32,000 nt of DNA from contig NZ_CP010048.1 of the NCBI RefSeq assembly GCF_000973505.1, positions 510,001 through 542,000 of the forward strand, read 5' to 3'. A model generated the notes under the pieces. That model worked only from the letters and a program-made list of their open reading frames with translations, was not told where the DNA came from and searched no databases. Position 1 is the first letter of the stretch. Each line of letters begins with the position of its first letter. This DNA is from Candidatus Saccharimonadota bacterium. Its GTDB lineage: Bacteria; Pseudomonadota; Gammaproteobacteria; Enterobacterales; Enterobacteriaceae. Positions 20,110 to 29,871 of the stretch are shown here, one piece after another. The translations under genes were made by a program, and so were the position numbers.

Positions 20110-20201
20110 GGTGGGGTGTCCGAGTGGCTGAAGGAGCATGCCTGGAAAGCGTGTATACATAACAAAAACGTGTATCAAGGGTTCAAATCCCTTCCTCACC
20201 G
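20110..20201 (+). tRNA. tRNA-Ser (anticodon GGA)
   Basis: 92 nt: GGTGGGGTGTCCGAGTGGCTGAAGGAGCATGCCTGGAAAGCGTG...AAGGGTTCAAATCCCTTCCTCACCG. This is close to E. coli serW/serX. The anticodon loop is CTGGAAA (GGA at 20144-20146). It has a long variable arm and an acceptor stem with one G-U pair. No CCA is encoded; the next bases are TAT. Confidence 0.9.
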
Positions 20202-20396
20202 TATAAAAAAATATAATATAATAATTACCACCACAAATAAAAATAGATAATATATTTTAAACAATTGAGTATAAAATATCATTATCTCCACTATATTGAT
20301 CATTATAACAATATCTATACCTATATCTATGTATCTTCCATCTTTCAATTTAATGCAAAAATCAAAACAATAATTATATACTTTTACATTGAGAAA

Positions 20397-20484
20397 CGGA
20401 GAGGAAGGGATTTGAACCCTTGAAGAACATCATGCTCTTAACGATTTTCGAAATCGACCCGTTCAACCACTCCGGCACCTCTCC
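20397..20484 (-). tRNA. serU: tRNA-Ser (anticodon CGA)
   Basis: The reverse complement reads GGAGAGGTGCCGGAGTGGTTGAACGGGTCGATTTCGAAAATCGTTAAGAGCATGATGTTCTTCAAGGGTTCAAATCCCTTCCTCTCCG. The anticodon loop is TTCGAAA, and there is a type II variable arm (AAGAGC/GTTCTT). It is similar to E. coli serU. No CCA is encoded. Confidence 0.9.
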
Positions 20485-20575
20485 ATATTACCCTCTCAAC
20501 AAGAATACACCACCCAATAACAACAATATGCAAAATAAAAAAATACACATATATTATTGACAATACTAATAATCA

Positions 20576-20604
20576 TTGACATATCACACTTAATAAAGCA
20601 TACT
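20576..20604 (+). promoter_or_regulatory. candidate sigma70 promoter for tRNA-Asn
   Basis: TTGACA (20576-20581), a 17-nt spacer, then CATACT (20599-20604), ending 10 nt before the tRNA 5' end. A second TTGACA lies at 20557-20562. Such hexamers arise easily in AT-rich DNA. Confidence 0.3.
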
Positions 20605-20614
20605 AAAGGAGAAT

Positions 20615-20687
20615 TCCTCTGTAGTTCAGTTGGTAGAACGGCGGACTGTTAATCCGTATGTCACTGGTTCGAGCCCAGTCAGAGGAG
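20615..20687 (+). tRNA. asnT: tRNA-Asn (anticodon GTT)
   Basis: TCCTCTGTAGTTCAGTTGGTAGAACGGCGGACTGTTAATCCGTATGTCACTGGTTCGAGCCCAGTCAGAGGAG is nearly identical to E. coli tRNA-Asn. It sits next to serU, as asnT does in E. coli. The following bases are CAT, not CCA. Confidence 0.95.
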
Positions 20688-20787
20688 CATACTCAAAACA
20701 CATTTAACCAATACTAATTATTGTATATCGCAAAATTTTAATTATTAATTTTCTCTACAAAACAATGTAAATACATATAATTTCAAA

Positions 20788-21756
20788 TTAATTCAAATCC
20801 AATTGATGAAAATCATGCGAATTAATCATACCCACTAATTTTCCTCTAATATCCACTACCGGGGCTGCATGAATTTTATTTTTATGAAACATTGTCATAG
20901 CCACAAAAGCACGACAATCCTCCTCTAGCAAATAACCAGGAACTGTCATCGCTTTAACAATGGGATCCGATAAAGATTTTCCAGCTACTAACCACCGTCT
21001 TAAATCCCCATCAGTAAACACACCAACTACATTATTTAATGGATCACACACAGCTGTCAAACCTAATCCAGTACGATTCAATTCACACATTGCATCCATT
21101 ACTGTTACTTTTAAACAAACTTTTGCTATATTACCACCAACTCTCATAACCTGAGAAACACGATTATATAATTTAGCACCCAATCTTCCTCCCGGGTGAA
21201 AACGAGCAAATTGATCTACACTAAATTCTTTTTGACGCATTAATGTTATAGTTAAAGCATCACCCATCATTAATGCGTTAACAACACTAGATGTTGGTAC
21301 AAGCTTCATTGGACAAGCCTCCCTTTCAATTTTAATGTCAAGAACACAGCTAGCAGCTTTAGCCAATGATGAAGAAGAATTACCAGTTAAAGCAATAATT
21401 GGAATACAATTCTCTGATAACAACGGGATTAAAGTATCTAATTCACACGCTTGACCTGAATAAGAAATAAATATTACTACATCTTTAACATCAATCATTC
21501 CTAAATCGCCATGCAACGCGTCCGCTAAATGCATAAAAAAAGAAGGAGTACCAGTACTCGCCAACGAAGCAGCAATTTTTTGAGCAATATGACCAGACTT
21601 ACCTATACCAGAAACAATAACCTTCCCGCTACAATTCAATAATATTCGACATGCAAGAACAATACTATCATTTAAACGCATTAACATCTTTTTTGCTTCA
21701 GAAATCTCTATTAATAAAGTCTCTTTAGCATAATCCAATAATTTCTTCTCATTCAT
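20788..21756 (-). CDS. gutQ: arabinose-5-phosphate isomerase, GutQ-type (SIS domain plus two CBS domains)
   Basis: 322 aa from the ATG at 21756; the ORF track adds a GTG codon. VIVSGIGKSGHIAQKIAASLASTGTPSFF, EREACPM.L.PTSS, VMDAM.EL.RTGLGL.AVCD and FTDGDLRRWLV match remembered E. coli GutQ more closely than KdsD. Confidence 0.85.
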   Translation of the reverse strand: MNEKKLLDYAKETLLIEISEAKKMLMRLNDSIVLACRILLNCSGKVIVSGIGKSGHIAQKIAASLASTGTPSFFMHLADALHGDLGMIDVKDVVIFISYSGQACELDTLIPLLSENCIPIIALTGNSSSSLAKAASCVLDIKIEREACPMKLVPTSSVVNALMMGDALTITLMRQKEFSVDQFARFHPGGRLGAKLYNRVSQVMRVGGNIAKVCLKVTVMDAMCELNRTGLGLTAVCDPLNNVVGVFTDGDLRRWLVAGKSLSDPIVKAMTVPGYLLEEDCRAFVAMTMFHKNKIHAAPVVDIRGKLVGMINSHDFHQLDLN

Positions 21757-22176
21757 CACGATTTACCAACACCAATATCGTCTTTTAACTATTTATTTAA
21801 AAATATATACCAAATACTTCCAAATAAATAAAATAAATTTTATGATTTAAATAAAATAAATGAGAAACTATTTTCTTTTCAATTTATTAAAACTTCTAAA
21901 AATATAACAAATGTAAATATAACCAATAAAAATAAAATACTTAACTATTAATCACAATATATTTTATTATAACAATTAATTATATTCATTATATACTATA
22001 TATTAAAATAAAAACACCAAAATTTAAAAAACAACACAAACACCATCTTCATGCTGCATAGAAAAGCTTAAATATTTTTTAATTAAAAAAACATGCAAAT
22101 CAAAATTTCTTGAAATTAACAAACACATTATCTACATTCCTCACATGAAATCAAATAACACGATACAATATATCTA

Positions 22177-22503
22177 TTAATCTTTAATCTTTACGTTTCT
22201 TCCAAAACCTTTTATTTTTTTTGTTAAATCACGACGTTCCCTTGATAATTCAGCATTTTTAATAATATATTCATCAACACGATCTTCATAATCTGCACGC
22301 ATATTTTCAATAATTGCATGAATTCCTTCAATAGAAATACCAGACTTAATATATTCCCCCAAATTAATTAACAGTAACACTCTCTTTTGATTATCACGAA
22401 TTTTCTTTTGATTATCAATAATTTCACGTTGTAATTTATTTTTACGACGAAACATACGAACAAATTCCAACACATCATAAAACGATGGATTAGTATGATT
22501 CAT
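22177..22503 (-). CDS. yeeX: UPF0265/DUF496 protein YeeX
   Basis: 108 aa. [42 protein letters not shown] and [22 protein letters not shown] are about two-thirds identical by eye to remembered E. coli YeeX. GAGGAA lies upstream. Confidence 0.85.
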   Translation of the reverse strand: MNHTNPSFYDVLEFVRMFRRKNKLQREIIDNQKKIRDNQKRVLLLINLGEYIKSGISIEGIHAIIENMRADYEDRVDEYIIKNAELSRERRDLTKKIKGFGRNVKIKD

Positions 22504-22958
22504 TATCTTAAATTTTCCTCATATACAAATTATAAATTACTCCAAAAATTCAAAAATATACAATACCACAACACAATGAATATTAACAACTAACAATCTT
22601 AATATTATTTGTATTATCAATAAAAAAAACTACTATAAAAATATAATAATACTTATCATTGTTATCATAACATAATAATTATGTTACATACTAACTATCA
22701 TTTATAAAAACAAAAAAAATAAACATCATACAAAAACAAACAAAAACCTATTATATGATATAATTATTTTTTACTATAAATATCAATAATATCAATCATA
22801 CTATATATAACAAAATAAACATATTATTCTCAAAATAACAAAATATATACAATATATAACTAAAATATTCAATAACTATAATATCAAATCTAACAAATTT
22901 ATAATTTTCATGAAAAGTTATTTTTAATACATTTTATTCATATAAAACAAATAATACA

Positions 22959-24434
22959 ATGAACTACAAAAACACATATGAAACATCTTCTTTTTTTATA
23001 TATGACTACGAAACTTTTGGTAAAAATCCAGCATCAGATAAACCCGCACAATTTGCCGGAATTCGAACTGACTATAACTTTAATCCTATAAGCAAACCAG
23101 AAAATTTTTTTTGCCGATTACCAAACGACTATTTACCGAATCCAGAAGCTGTACTTATAACAGAAATAAATCCCATAAATGCGCTAAATATAGGAATTCA
23201 AGAATATCAATTTGCACAACGTATTCAAAAAATATTTTGCACACCACAAACATGTATACTGGGATACAACAACATTCGTTTTGACAATGAATTTACTCGA
23301 AATATTTTTTATAGAAATTTTTATGATCCCTATACTTGGAGCTGGAAAAATAAAAACTCAAATTGGGATTTACTAAACATAATGAAAGCCTACTACGCAT
23401 TACGACCAGAGGGAATTACATGGCCTCTAAATAATAAAGGAACTCCCAGTTTTCGACTAATGGATCTTTCAAACAGTAATAATATTACACATAATAAATC
23501 ACACGACGCACTATCTGACGTATACGCAACTTTAGAATTAGCAAAACTTACTCAACACACACAACCAAGATTGTTTAATTATCTTTACCATCATCGAAAA
23601 AAATCAGAAATTAAAAAATTAATAAACATCACAAATATACAACCACTAGTCTATGTTCCAATAAACAACATAATTAATAATCGTTATGCTATATTAATCA
23701 AACCACTAGCTTGGCACACAAACAATTCCAACATTTTAATTGCTTGCAATCTCAATGAAAATTTAGACAAATTATGGAAAAATAATATCAATTATATACC
23801 TTGCAATAAACAAATGATAAACTTTTATCATCAAAATAAACACCGACAACATACAATATTAACAATACACATAAATAAATGTCCTATACTAGCCCCAATT
23901 AGTTCCCTAAGACCACAAGATATTTCAAGACTCAATATTGATTTACAATACTGCTTAAATAATGCCAAAAAATTACAAAACAATATATCTAACAATAAAG
24001 AAATTATTAAAAAAACAATAATTACATTTCAAAATAATTATGATTATTTATCACAAAATACAGATAAAACGTTACATGTAGACAACCAACTATATACAGG
24101 ATTTTTTAATAAATCTGACCGCCATATGATTAATATAATTCGAAAAGAATCACCAGAAAACTTAAATAAAATACATACTAAATTTTACGACAAACGACTA
24201 AAACCACTACTTTTTTACTATCGAGCAAGAAATTTCCCACATACACTAACTCAATATGAAAAACAATACTGGCTAGAATATCGAAAAACATTATTTACAA
24301 AAATAATATTGACACAATATAAAGAACAACTTGATCAGTTATTTGAAACTCATAAAAAAAACACAAGAAAAATAAACATTTTGAATTCATTAATAAAATA
24401 CTTACAATACATCAATGACACACTAAATCAGTAA
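22959..24434 (+). CDS. sbcB: exodeoxyribonuclease I
   Basis: 491 aa. DEDDh motifs are intact: FIYDYETFG, ILGYNNIRFDNEFTRNIFYRNFYDPY and SHDALSDVYAT. The C-terminal region (LFYYRARNFP) aligns with E. coli SbcB. Confidence 0.93.
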   Translation: MNYKNTYETSSFFIYDYETFGKNPASDKPAQFAGIRTDYNFNPISKPENFFCRLPNDYLPNPEAVLITEINPINALNIGIQEYQFAQRIQKIFCTPQTCILGYNNIRFDNEFTRNIFYRNFYDPYTWSWKNKNSNWDLLNIMKAYYALRPEGITWPLNNKGTPSFRLMDLSNSNNITHNKSHDALSDVYATLELAKLTQHTQPRLFNYLYHHRKKSEIKKLINITNIQPLVYVPINNIINNRYAILIKPLAWHTNNSNILIACNLNENLDKLWKNNINYIPCNKQMINFYHQNKHRQHTILTIHINKCPILAPISSLRPQDISRLNIDLQYCLNNAKKLQNNISNNKEIIKKTIITFQNNYDYLSQNTDKTLHVDNQLYTGFFNKSDRHMINIIRKESPENLNKIHTKFYDKRLKPLLFYYRARNFPHTLTQYEKQYWLEYRKTLFTKIILTQYKEQLDQLFETHKKNTRKINILNSLIKYLQYINDTLNQ

Positions 24435-24453
24435 TAACTGATTCACATTTTTT
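24427..24453 (+). terminator. weak candidate terminator overlapping the sbcB stop codon
   Basis: Stem ATCAGT (24427-24432) pairs with ACTGAT (24437-24442) around a 4-nt loop, followed by TTTTTT at 24448-24453. The stem is short and AT-rich, so support is low. Confidence 0.25.
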
Positions 24454-24877
24454 ATACAAATTAAACATATATTTAGCATTTCCACTACATTCTGTATAAT
24501 TTCTATTATTTCAAAAAAAATACTTTTTTATAATTCATCATTACATACCCATTATCTAAAAAATATCGTTTTTATAATACAATTAAACATCATAACAACA
24601 TGTAAAAATTTAAAAAAACATATATATTCACTAATTACTAATTAAAAATATTTTATTTTATTAATAAACAGATAAAATAGTCATATAAAAATATTGAACT
24701 ATAAACTAAATTAAATTACATTTATTAAAAAATTTATACCTGTATAAAAAATAAACCACACAATTACATACCAACACAAAAACTAAAACAAACATAATCA
24801 TAACTAATATGTCACATAATAATTTACAAAAAAAAATAACTTTTTCCATTGAACAAAAATATTTAAGGTAACAAATC

Positions 24878-25777
24878 ATGTTCGACAGATCACGATTACG
24901 AATAGCAATGCAAAAATCTGGAAGATTAAGTAAAGAATCACAAAAACTTCTAGAACAATGCGGAATAAAAATTAACTTACAAGAACAACGTTTGTTAGCA
25001 TTTGCAGAAAATATGACTATCGATATTATGCGAGTAAGAGATGATGACATCCCAGGACTAGTAATGGATGGAGTAGTAGACTTAGGTATTATTGGAGAAA
25101 ATGTACTAGAAGAAGAACTATTAACTCGTCGGGCACAAGGTGATGATCCTCATTACTTCACATTACGAAGATTAGACTTCGGAAATTGCCGATTATCAAT
25201 GGCATTACCTATTGATGAACCATGGAACGGACCAAACTGTTTACAAGGAAAACGAATTGCCACCTCATATCCACATTTATTAAAACAATATTTAGACAAA
25301 TTAAACATTAACTTTAAATCCTGTCTTTTAAACGGATCTGTAGAAGTTGCACCTCGTGCAGGATTAGCAGATGCTATTTGTGATTTGGTATCAACTGGCG
25401 CTACTTTAGAAGCCAACGGACTACGTGAAGTAGAAGTTATCTACCGATCAAAAGCATGTCTCATTCAACGAGACGGTAAACTATCAGACAGCAAACAATT
25501 ACTAATTAACAAACTTATGATAAGAATACAAGGAATTATACAAGCCAAAGAATCAAAATATATAATGTTACATGCACCCACAGAACGATTAGAAGAAATT
25601 ATTAATTTATTACCAGGAGCAGAAAGCCCAACTGTACTTCCATTAGCAGGTAATCAGGAACGTGTCGCAATATATATGGTCAGTAATGAAACGCTTTTTT
25701 GGGAAACCATGGAAAACTTAAAAAATCTTGGAGCTAGTTCAATTTTAGTGCTTCCAATTGAAAAAATGATGGAGTAA
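24878..25777 (+). CDS. hisG: ATP phosphoribosyltransferase, long form
   Basis: 299 aa, the same length as E. coli HisG and highly similar ([54 protein letters not shown]). AAGG lies upstream. Confidence 0.96.
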   Translation: MFDRSRLRIAMQKSGRLSKESQKLLEQCGIKINLQEQRLLAFAENMTIDIMRVRDDDIPGLVMDGVVDLGIIGENVLEEELLTRRAQGDDPHYFTLRRLDFGNCRLSMALPIDEPWNGPNCLQGKRIATSYPHLLKQYLDKLNINFKSCLLNGSVEVAPRAGLADAICDLVSTGATLEANGLREVEVIYRSKACLIQRDGKLSDSKQLLINKLMIRIQGIIQAKESKYIMLHAPTERLEEIINLLPGAESPTVLPLAGNQERVAIYMVSNETLFWETMENLKNLGASSILVLPIEKMME

Positions 25778-25782
25778 TATCT

Positions 25783-27099
25783 ATGATGTCATCTATACCT
25801 CTCAATCCCATTATTTGGAATAATTATAATATTTCTGAACAAAAAAAATTACTCAATCGACCCGCTCAGAAATCTCCAAAACAATTACAAAAAAATGTAG
25901 AAACAATCCTCAATCAAGTAAAAAAACATGGAGACACTGCCTTACGAAATTTTAACCTACATTTAGATAACTTCCAAACAAACGAACTAAAAATTAAAAA
26001 ATCGTTATTCAAAATATCTGACGATACATTATCAAAAACATTTAAGTGCGCTATACATACAGCAAAAAAAAATATTACCCGATTTCATCAACTACAACAT
26101 ACTCAAGAAATTAATATAGAAACATCACCAGGCGTACACTGTCGACAAATCATTAAACCATTAAGTTCAGTAGGATTATATATTCCATCCGGCTCAGCTC
26201 CACTACCATCAACAGTAATGATGTTAGGAATACCGGCAAAAATTGCTAATTGTCCGCGAATTATGCTATGTTCACCTCCACCAATATCATATGAAATCTT
26301 ATACACAGCAAAAATATGCGGAATAGAAGAAATTTATCAAATTGGAGGAGCGCAAGCTATTGCCGCTATGGGATTCGGAACTGAATCTATTATAAAAGTC
26401 AATAAAATATTTGGGCCAGGAAATATATGGGTTACCGAAGCTAAACGACAAATTAGCTACAGATCAGCTACAGATATTGATATGTTAGCAGGACCATCAG
26501 AAATATTAATTATAGCTGATAATACAGCTAATCCAAAATTTATTGCTGCTGATCTTTTATCACAAGCAGAACATGGATCACACTCACATATCATTCTCTT
26601 AACACCAGACATTAACATCATCAATAATGTAATATTTGAAATTAATAAACAAATCATACATCTCTCTCGAATCAACATCATTATTCAATCACTAAAAAAC
26701 AGCCGATTTATTCTCAGTAAAAATATTATGGAATGTGTAAACATTAGTAACGATTACGCGCCTGAACATCTCAGCATTCAAACAAAAAATTCAGAAAATT
26801 TACTAAAATTTATTACTAATGCAGGCTCAATATTTCTTGGAAAATGGTCACCAGAAGCAGCTGGCGATTACGCATCAGGGACTAATCACGTGCTACCCAC
26901 ATATGGATATACAATAAATAATTCTGGACTGAGTGTATTAGATTTTCAAAAACGTATAACAGTACAAAAACTAACTAAAAACGGATTATTAAAACTTGCC
27001 CCTACAATTACAACATTATCAGAAATAGAAAAATTAACCGCTCATACAAAATCTATAAACATACGTTTCACAAAATGCAAGGATAACAATGGACATTAA
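25783..27099 (+). CDS. hisD: histidinol dehydrogenase
   Basis: 438 aa. SVGLYIPSGSAPLPSTVMML, IFGPGN.WVTEAKRQ, LLSQAEHG and GDYASGTNHVLPTYGY are present. It starts 5 nt after the hisG stop, with GGAG upstream. Confidence 0.96.
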   Translation: MMSSIPLNPIIWNNYNISEQKKLLNRPAQKSPKQLQKNVETILNQVKKHGDTALRNFNLHLDNFQTNELKIKKSLFKISDDTLSKTFKCAIHTAKKNITRFHQLQHTQEINIETSPGVHCRQIIKPLSSVGLYIPSGSAPLPSTVMMLGIPAKIANCPRIMLCSPPPISYEILYTAKICGIEEIYQIGGAQAIAAMGFGTESIIKVNKIFGPGNIWVTEAKRQISYRSATDIDMLAGPSEILIIADNTANPKFIAADLLSQAEHGSHSHIILLTPDINIINNVIFEINKQIIHLSRINIIIQSLKNSRFILSKNIMECVNISNDYAPEHLSIQTKNSENLLKFITNAGSIFLGKWSPEAAGDYASGTNHVLPTYGYTINNSGLSVLDFQKRITVQKLTKNGLLKLAPTITTLSEIEKLTAHTKSINIRFTKCKDNNGH

Positions 27100-28174
27100 T
27101 AAATTAGCACGTACAAATATCTTACACTTAAACCCATATCAATCAGCCAGAAAAATAGGAGGAACAGGAAATATATTTCTAAACGCCAACGAATATCCAA
27201 TATCCACTAATTATAAAATGCGTTTTAAAAATATCAATCGATATCCAATGTGTCAACCTCAAACAATAATTAAAAAATATGCTAAATATGCAAAAGTAGA
27301 AACAAATCAAATTTTAGTATCAAGAGGAGCTGATGAAAGCATTGAATTATTAATACGAGCATTCTGTGAACCAAAAATTGATTCTATTTTGTTTTGCCCT
27401 CCAACATATGGCATGTATAAAGTTGCAGCCGAGGCATCTAATGTTAATTACCGAGAAGTACCAACAGATAAAAATTGGCAACTTGATATATCAAGAATTA
27501 CAACACAACTTAAAAATGTCAAATTAATATATATTTGTAACCCAAATAATCCGACTGGAAATATTATTAACACACATATTATTCAACAATTATTAAATAT
27601 CATTAATCAACATTCTATTTTAGTAATCGATGAAGCATATATTGACTTTTGCCCTCAAATCAGTTCAGTAAAATTATTATCTAAATATCCACATTTAGTA
27701 ATATTAAGAACCCTATCAAAAGCTTTTGCATTAGCAGGATTAAGATGTGGATTTACTTTAGCACATCCAACAATCATTCAGGTATTATTAAAAATAATTA
27801 CCCCCTATCCATTATCAACACCAGTAATCGATATTGCTCAACAAGCACTTAGTTTACAAGGAATACAAAACACAAAAAAAAGAATCAAAACAATCAACAC
27901 AAATCGGGAATATTTTATCCAAGAACTAAAAAACTGCAAATGTATAGATAATATTTTTCCTAGTGAAGCTAATTATATTTTAGTACGCTGTAATCCAAAA
28001 TACAAAGTGTTTAAAACATTATGGGATCAAGGTATAATTTTAAGAGATCAAAATCAACAATTTGGACTAACCAATTGTTTACGAATTAGTATTGGAACGC
28101 ACGATGAATGTCAACATGTTATTTCAGCTCTAAAAAAATTAACAAACAATAACCCTACTAAACTACTAACTTAA
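27089..28174 (+). CDS. hisC: histidinol-phosphate aminotransferase
   Basis: 361 aa. LNPYQSARK.GG, LNANEYP, NRYP.CQP and the PLP-lysine context LRTLSKAFALAGLRCGF are present. It overlaps the hisD 3' end by 11 nt. AGGA lies 5 nt upstream. Confidence 0.96.
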   Translation: MDINKLARTNILHLNPYQSARKIGGTGNIFLNANEYPISTNYKMRFKNINRYPMCQPQTIIKKYAKYAKVETNQILVSRGADESIELLIRAFCEPKIDSILFCPPTYGMYKVAAEASNVNYREVPTDKNWQLDISRITTQLKNVKLIYICNPNNPTGNIINTHIIQQLLNIINQHSILVIDEAYIDFCPQISSVKLLSKYPHLVILRTLSKAFALAGLRCGFTLAHPTIIQVLLKIITPYPLSTPVIDIAQQALSLQGIQNTKKRIKTINTNREYFIQELKNCKCIDNIFPSEANYILVRCNPKYKVFKTLWDQGIILRDQNQQFGLTNCLRISIGTHDECQHVISALKKLTNNNPTKLLT

Positions 28175-28186
28175 TGGTAAAATATT

Positions 28187-29275
28187 ATGAACCAAAAATT
28201 TTTATTTATCGACCGAGATGGTACACTTATTCACGAACCAACAGATAATTTTCAGATCGATTCTATAGATAAATTAACATTAGAGCCATATGTAATTCCT
28301 GCTTTACTAAAACTACAAAAAATAGGATTTAAATTAATAATAATTACTAATCAGGACAATTTGGGTAGCGATCACTTCCCACAAGAAAATTTTGACAAAC
28401 CCCATAATTTCATGATTAAAATATTCGGTTCTCAAGGTATCAAATTTAATAAAATTCTAATTTGTCCTCATTCTGATCAAGATCAATGCTATTGTCGAAA
28501 ACCAAAAATAGGATTAGTAAAAGAATTATTAGATAAAAACATAATAAATAAATCTAAAAGCTATGTTATTGGTGACAGAAAAACAGATATCCTGTTAGCA
28601 CAAAACATGAAAATTCAAAGCATACAATATCATAGAAAAAAATGTAATTGGAAAACTATTGAAAAAAAATTAACTACCATAATTCGATCTGTTAACGTTA
28701 AACGTATTACAAAAGAAACCACTATTAACGTTAGCATACAAATTGATAACAATCCTAATAATAGCTCCATTAATACTGGAATACATTTCTTTAATCATAT
28801 GATACAACAAATTGCCACTCATTCTGGAATATATATGAATATTACGGTTAAAAATGATATTCATATAGACGATCACCACACAATTGAAGATACAGCATTA
28901 ACACTAGGAAAAGCACTGCATAAAGCATTAGGAAACAAAAAAAATATCAAACGATTCGGATTCGTACTTCCCATGGATGAATCTCTTGCACAATGTTCAT
29001 TAGACCTCTCTGGTCGACCACATCTTGAATATCATGCAAACTTTAATTTTCAAAAAGTCGGAGATCTCAGCACAGAAATGATAAAACATTTCTTTCAGTC
29101 ACTTACACAGTCAATGCAATGTACATTACATATAAAAACACAAGGAGAAAACGACCATCATCGAGCAGAAAGCTTATTTAAGGTTTTTGGCCAATCATTA
29201 CGTCAAGCAATTTGTCTTAACCCCAACAACAATAATAATTGCGATATAATACCAAGCTCAAAAGGACAATTATAA
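28187..29275 (+). CDS. hisB: bifunctional histidinol-phosphatase / imidazoleglycerol-phosphate dehydratase
   Basis: 362 aa. The N-terminal HAD phosphatase carries FIDRDGTLI. The C-terminal IGPD carries IDDHHT.EDTAL.LG and [13 protein letters not shown]. Confidence 0.96.
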   Translation: MNQKFLFIDRDGTLIHEPTDNFQIDSIDKLTLEPYVIPALLKLQKIGFKLIIITNQDNLGSDHFPQENFDKPHNFMIKIFGSQGIKFNKILICPHSDQDQCYCRKPKIGLVKELLDKNIINKSKSYVIGDRKTDILLAQNMKIQSIQYHRKKCNWKTIEKKLTTIIRSVNVKRITKETTINVSIQIDNNPNNSSINTGIHFFNHMIQQIATHSGIYMNITVKNDIHIDDHHTIEDTALTLGKALHKALGNKKNIKRFGFVLPMDESLAQCSLDLSGRPHLEYHANFNFQKVGDLSTEMIKHFFQSLTQSMQCTLHIKTQGENDHHRAESLFKVFGQSLRQAICLNPNNNNNCDIIPSSKGQL

Positions 29276-29868
29276 TGAAAATTGTAATAATTAACACTGG
29301 ATGTGCAAATTTATTCTCAATAAATACTAGCATCCGTCGATTAGGATATTGTCCAATAATCACCGATAATTTTGATATTATATCACAAGCAGATAAAATT
29401 TTCCTCCCTGGAGTTGGAAGTGCACAAACTGCAATGAGACAACTACAACAAAAACAATTAATTAGTGTATTACAAAATATAACACAACCAATATTAGGTA
29501 TCTGTTTAGGAATGCAAATATTAGCTAAATATAGTGAAGAAAACAAAGGTACTGACACTCTAGGAATTATTAATACAACAGTAAAAAAAATGCCATATCA
29601 AGGATTATCATTACCTCATATTGGTTGGAATAAAACTAGTATAAAAAAAAATACACACAATTTATTTTATAATATTAAAAACGACAGTTATTTTTACTTT
29701 ATACATAATTATTTTATACCCTTATGCGCAGAAACAATTGCCATTACACAATATGGCATCCCTTTCACAGCAGCAATAACATATCATAATTTTTTTGGTG
29801 TTCAATTTCATCCGGAAAAATCTAGCTCAGCAGGGGAACAATTAATAAAAAATTTTTTGGAGATGTGA
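29275..29868 (+). CDS. hisH: imidazole glycerol phosphate synthase, glutamine amidotransferase subunit
   Basis: 197 aa from the ATG at 29275 ([13 protein letters not shown]..). The catalytic motifs GICLGMQ and GVQFHPEKS are present. The start overlaps the hisB stop as TAATG. The ORF-track TTG at 29239 is an over-extension. Confidence 0.95.
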   Translation: MKIVIINTGCANLFSINTSIRRLGYCPIITDNFDIISQADKIFLPGVGSAQTAMRQLQQKQLISVLQNITQPILGICLGMQILAKYSEENKGTDTLGIINTTVKKMPYQGLSLPHIGWNKTSIKKNTHNLFYNIKNDSYFYFIHNYFIPLCAETIAITQYGIPFTAAITYHNFFGVQFHPEKSSSAGEQLIKNFLEM

Positions 29869-29871
29869 TCT

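Noticed and set aside
22668-22686. A 19-bp palindrome (TAACATAAT-A-ATTATGTTA) in the yeeX/sbcB divergent spacer, considered as an operator. A 10-bp inverted repeat at 18284-18316 was considered in the same way.
   Set aside because: My rough estimate, given the base composition, is that several 9-bp-arm inverted repeats are expected by chance in 32 kb. No cognate regulator gene is evident.
24809-24871. A 20-codon ORF (MSHNNLQKKITFSIEQKYLR) ending 6 nt before the hisG ATG, considered as a possible his leader peptide.
   Set aside because: It has only one His codon, no ribosome-binding site and no downstream alternative hairpins. Its position is most likely coincidental.
24706-25050. A 114-aa minus-strand ORF spanning the hisG start and its upstream spacer.
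   Set aside because: It overlaps the conserved hisG N-terminus in antisense. It is rich in Cys, Phe, Ile and Leu, as expected from reading AT-rich DNA, and has no homology. It is spurious.
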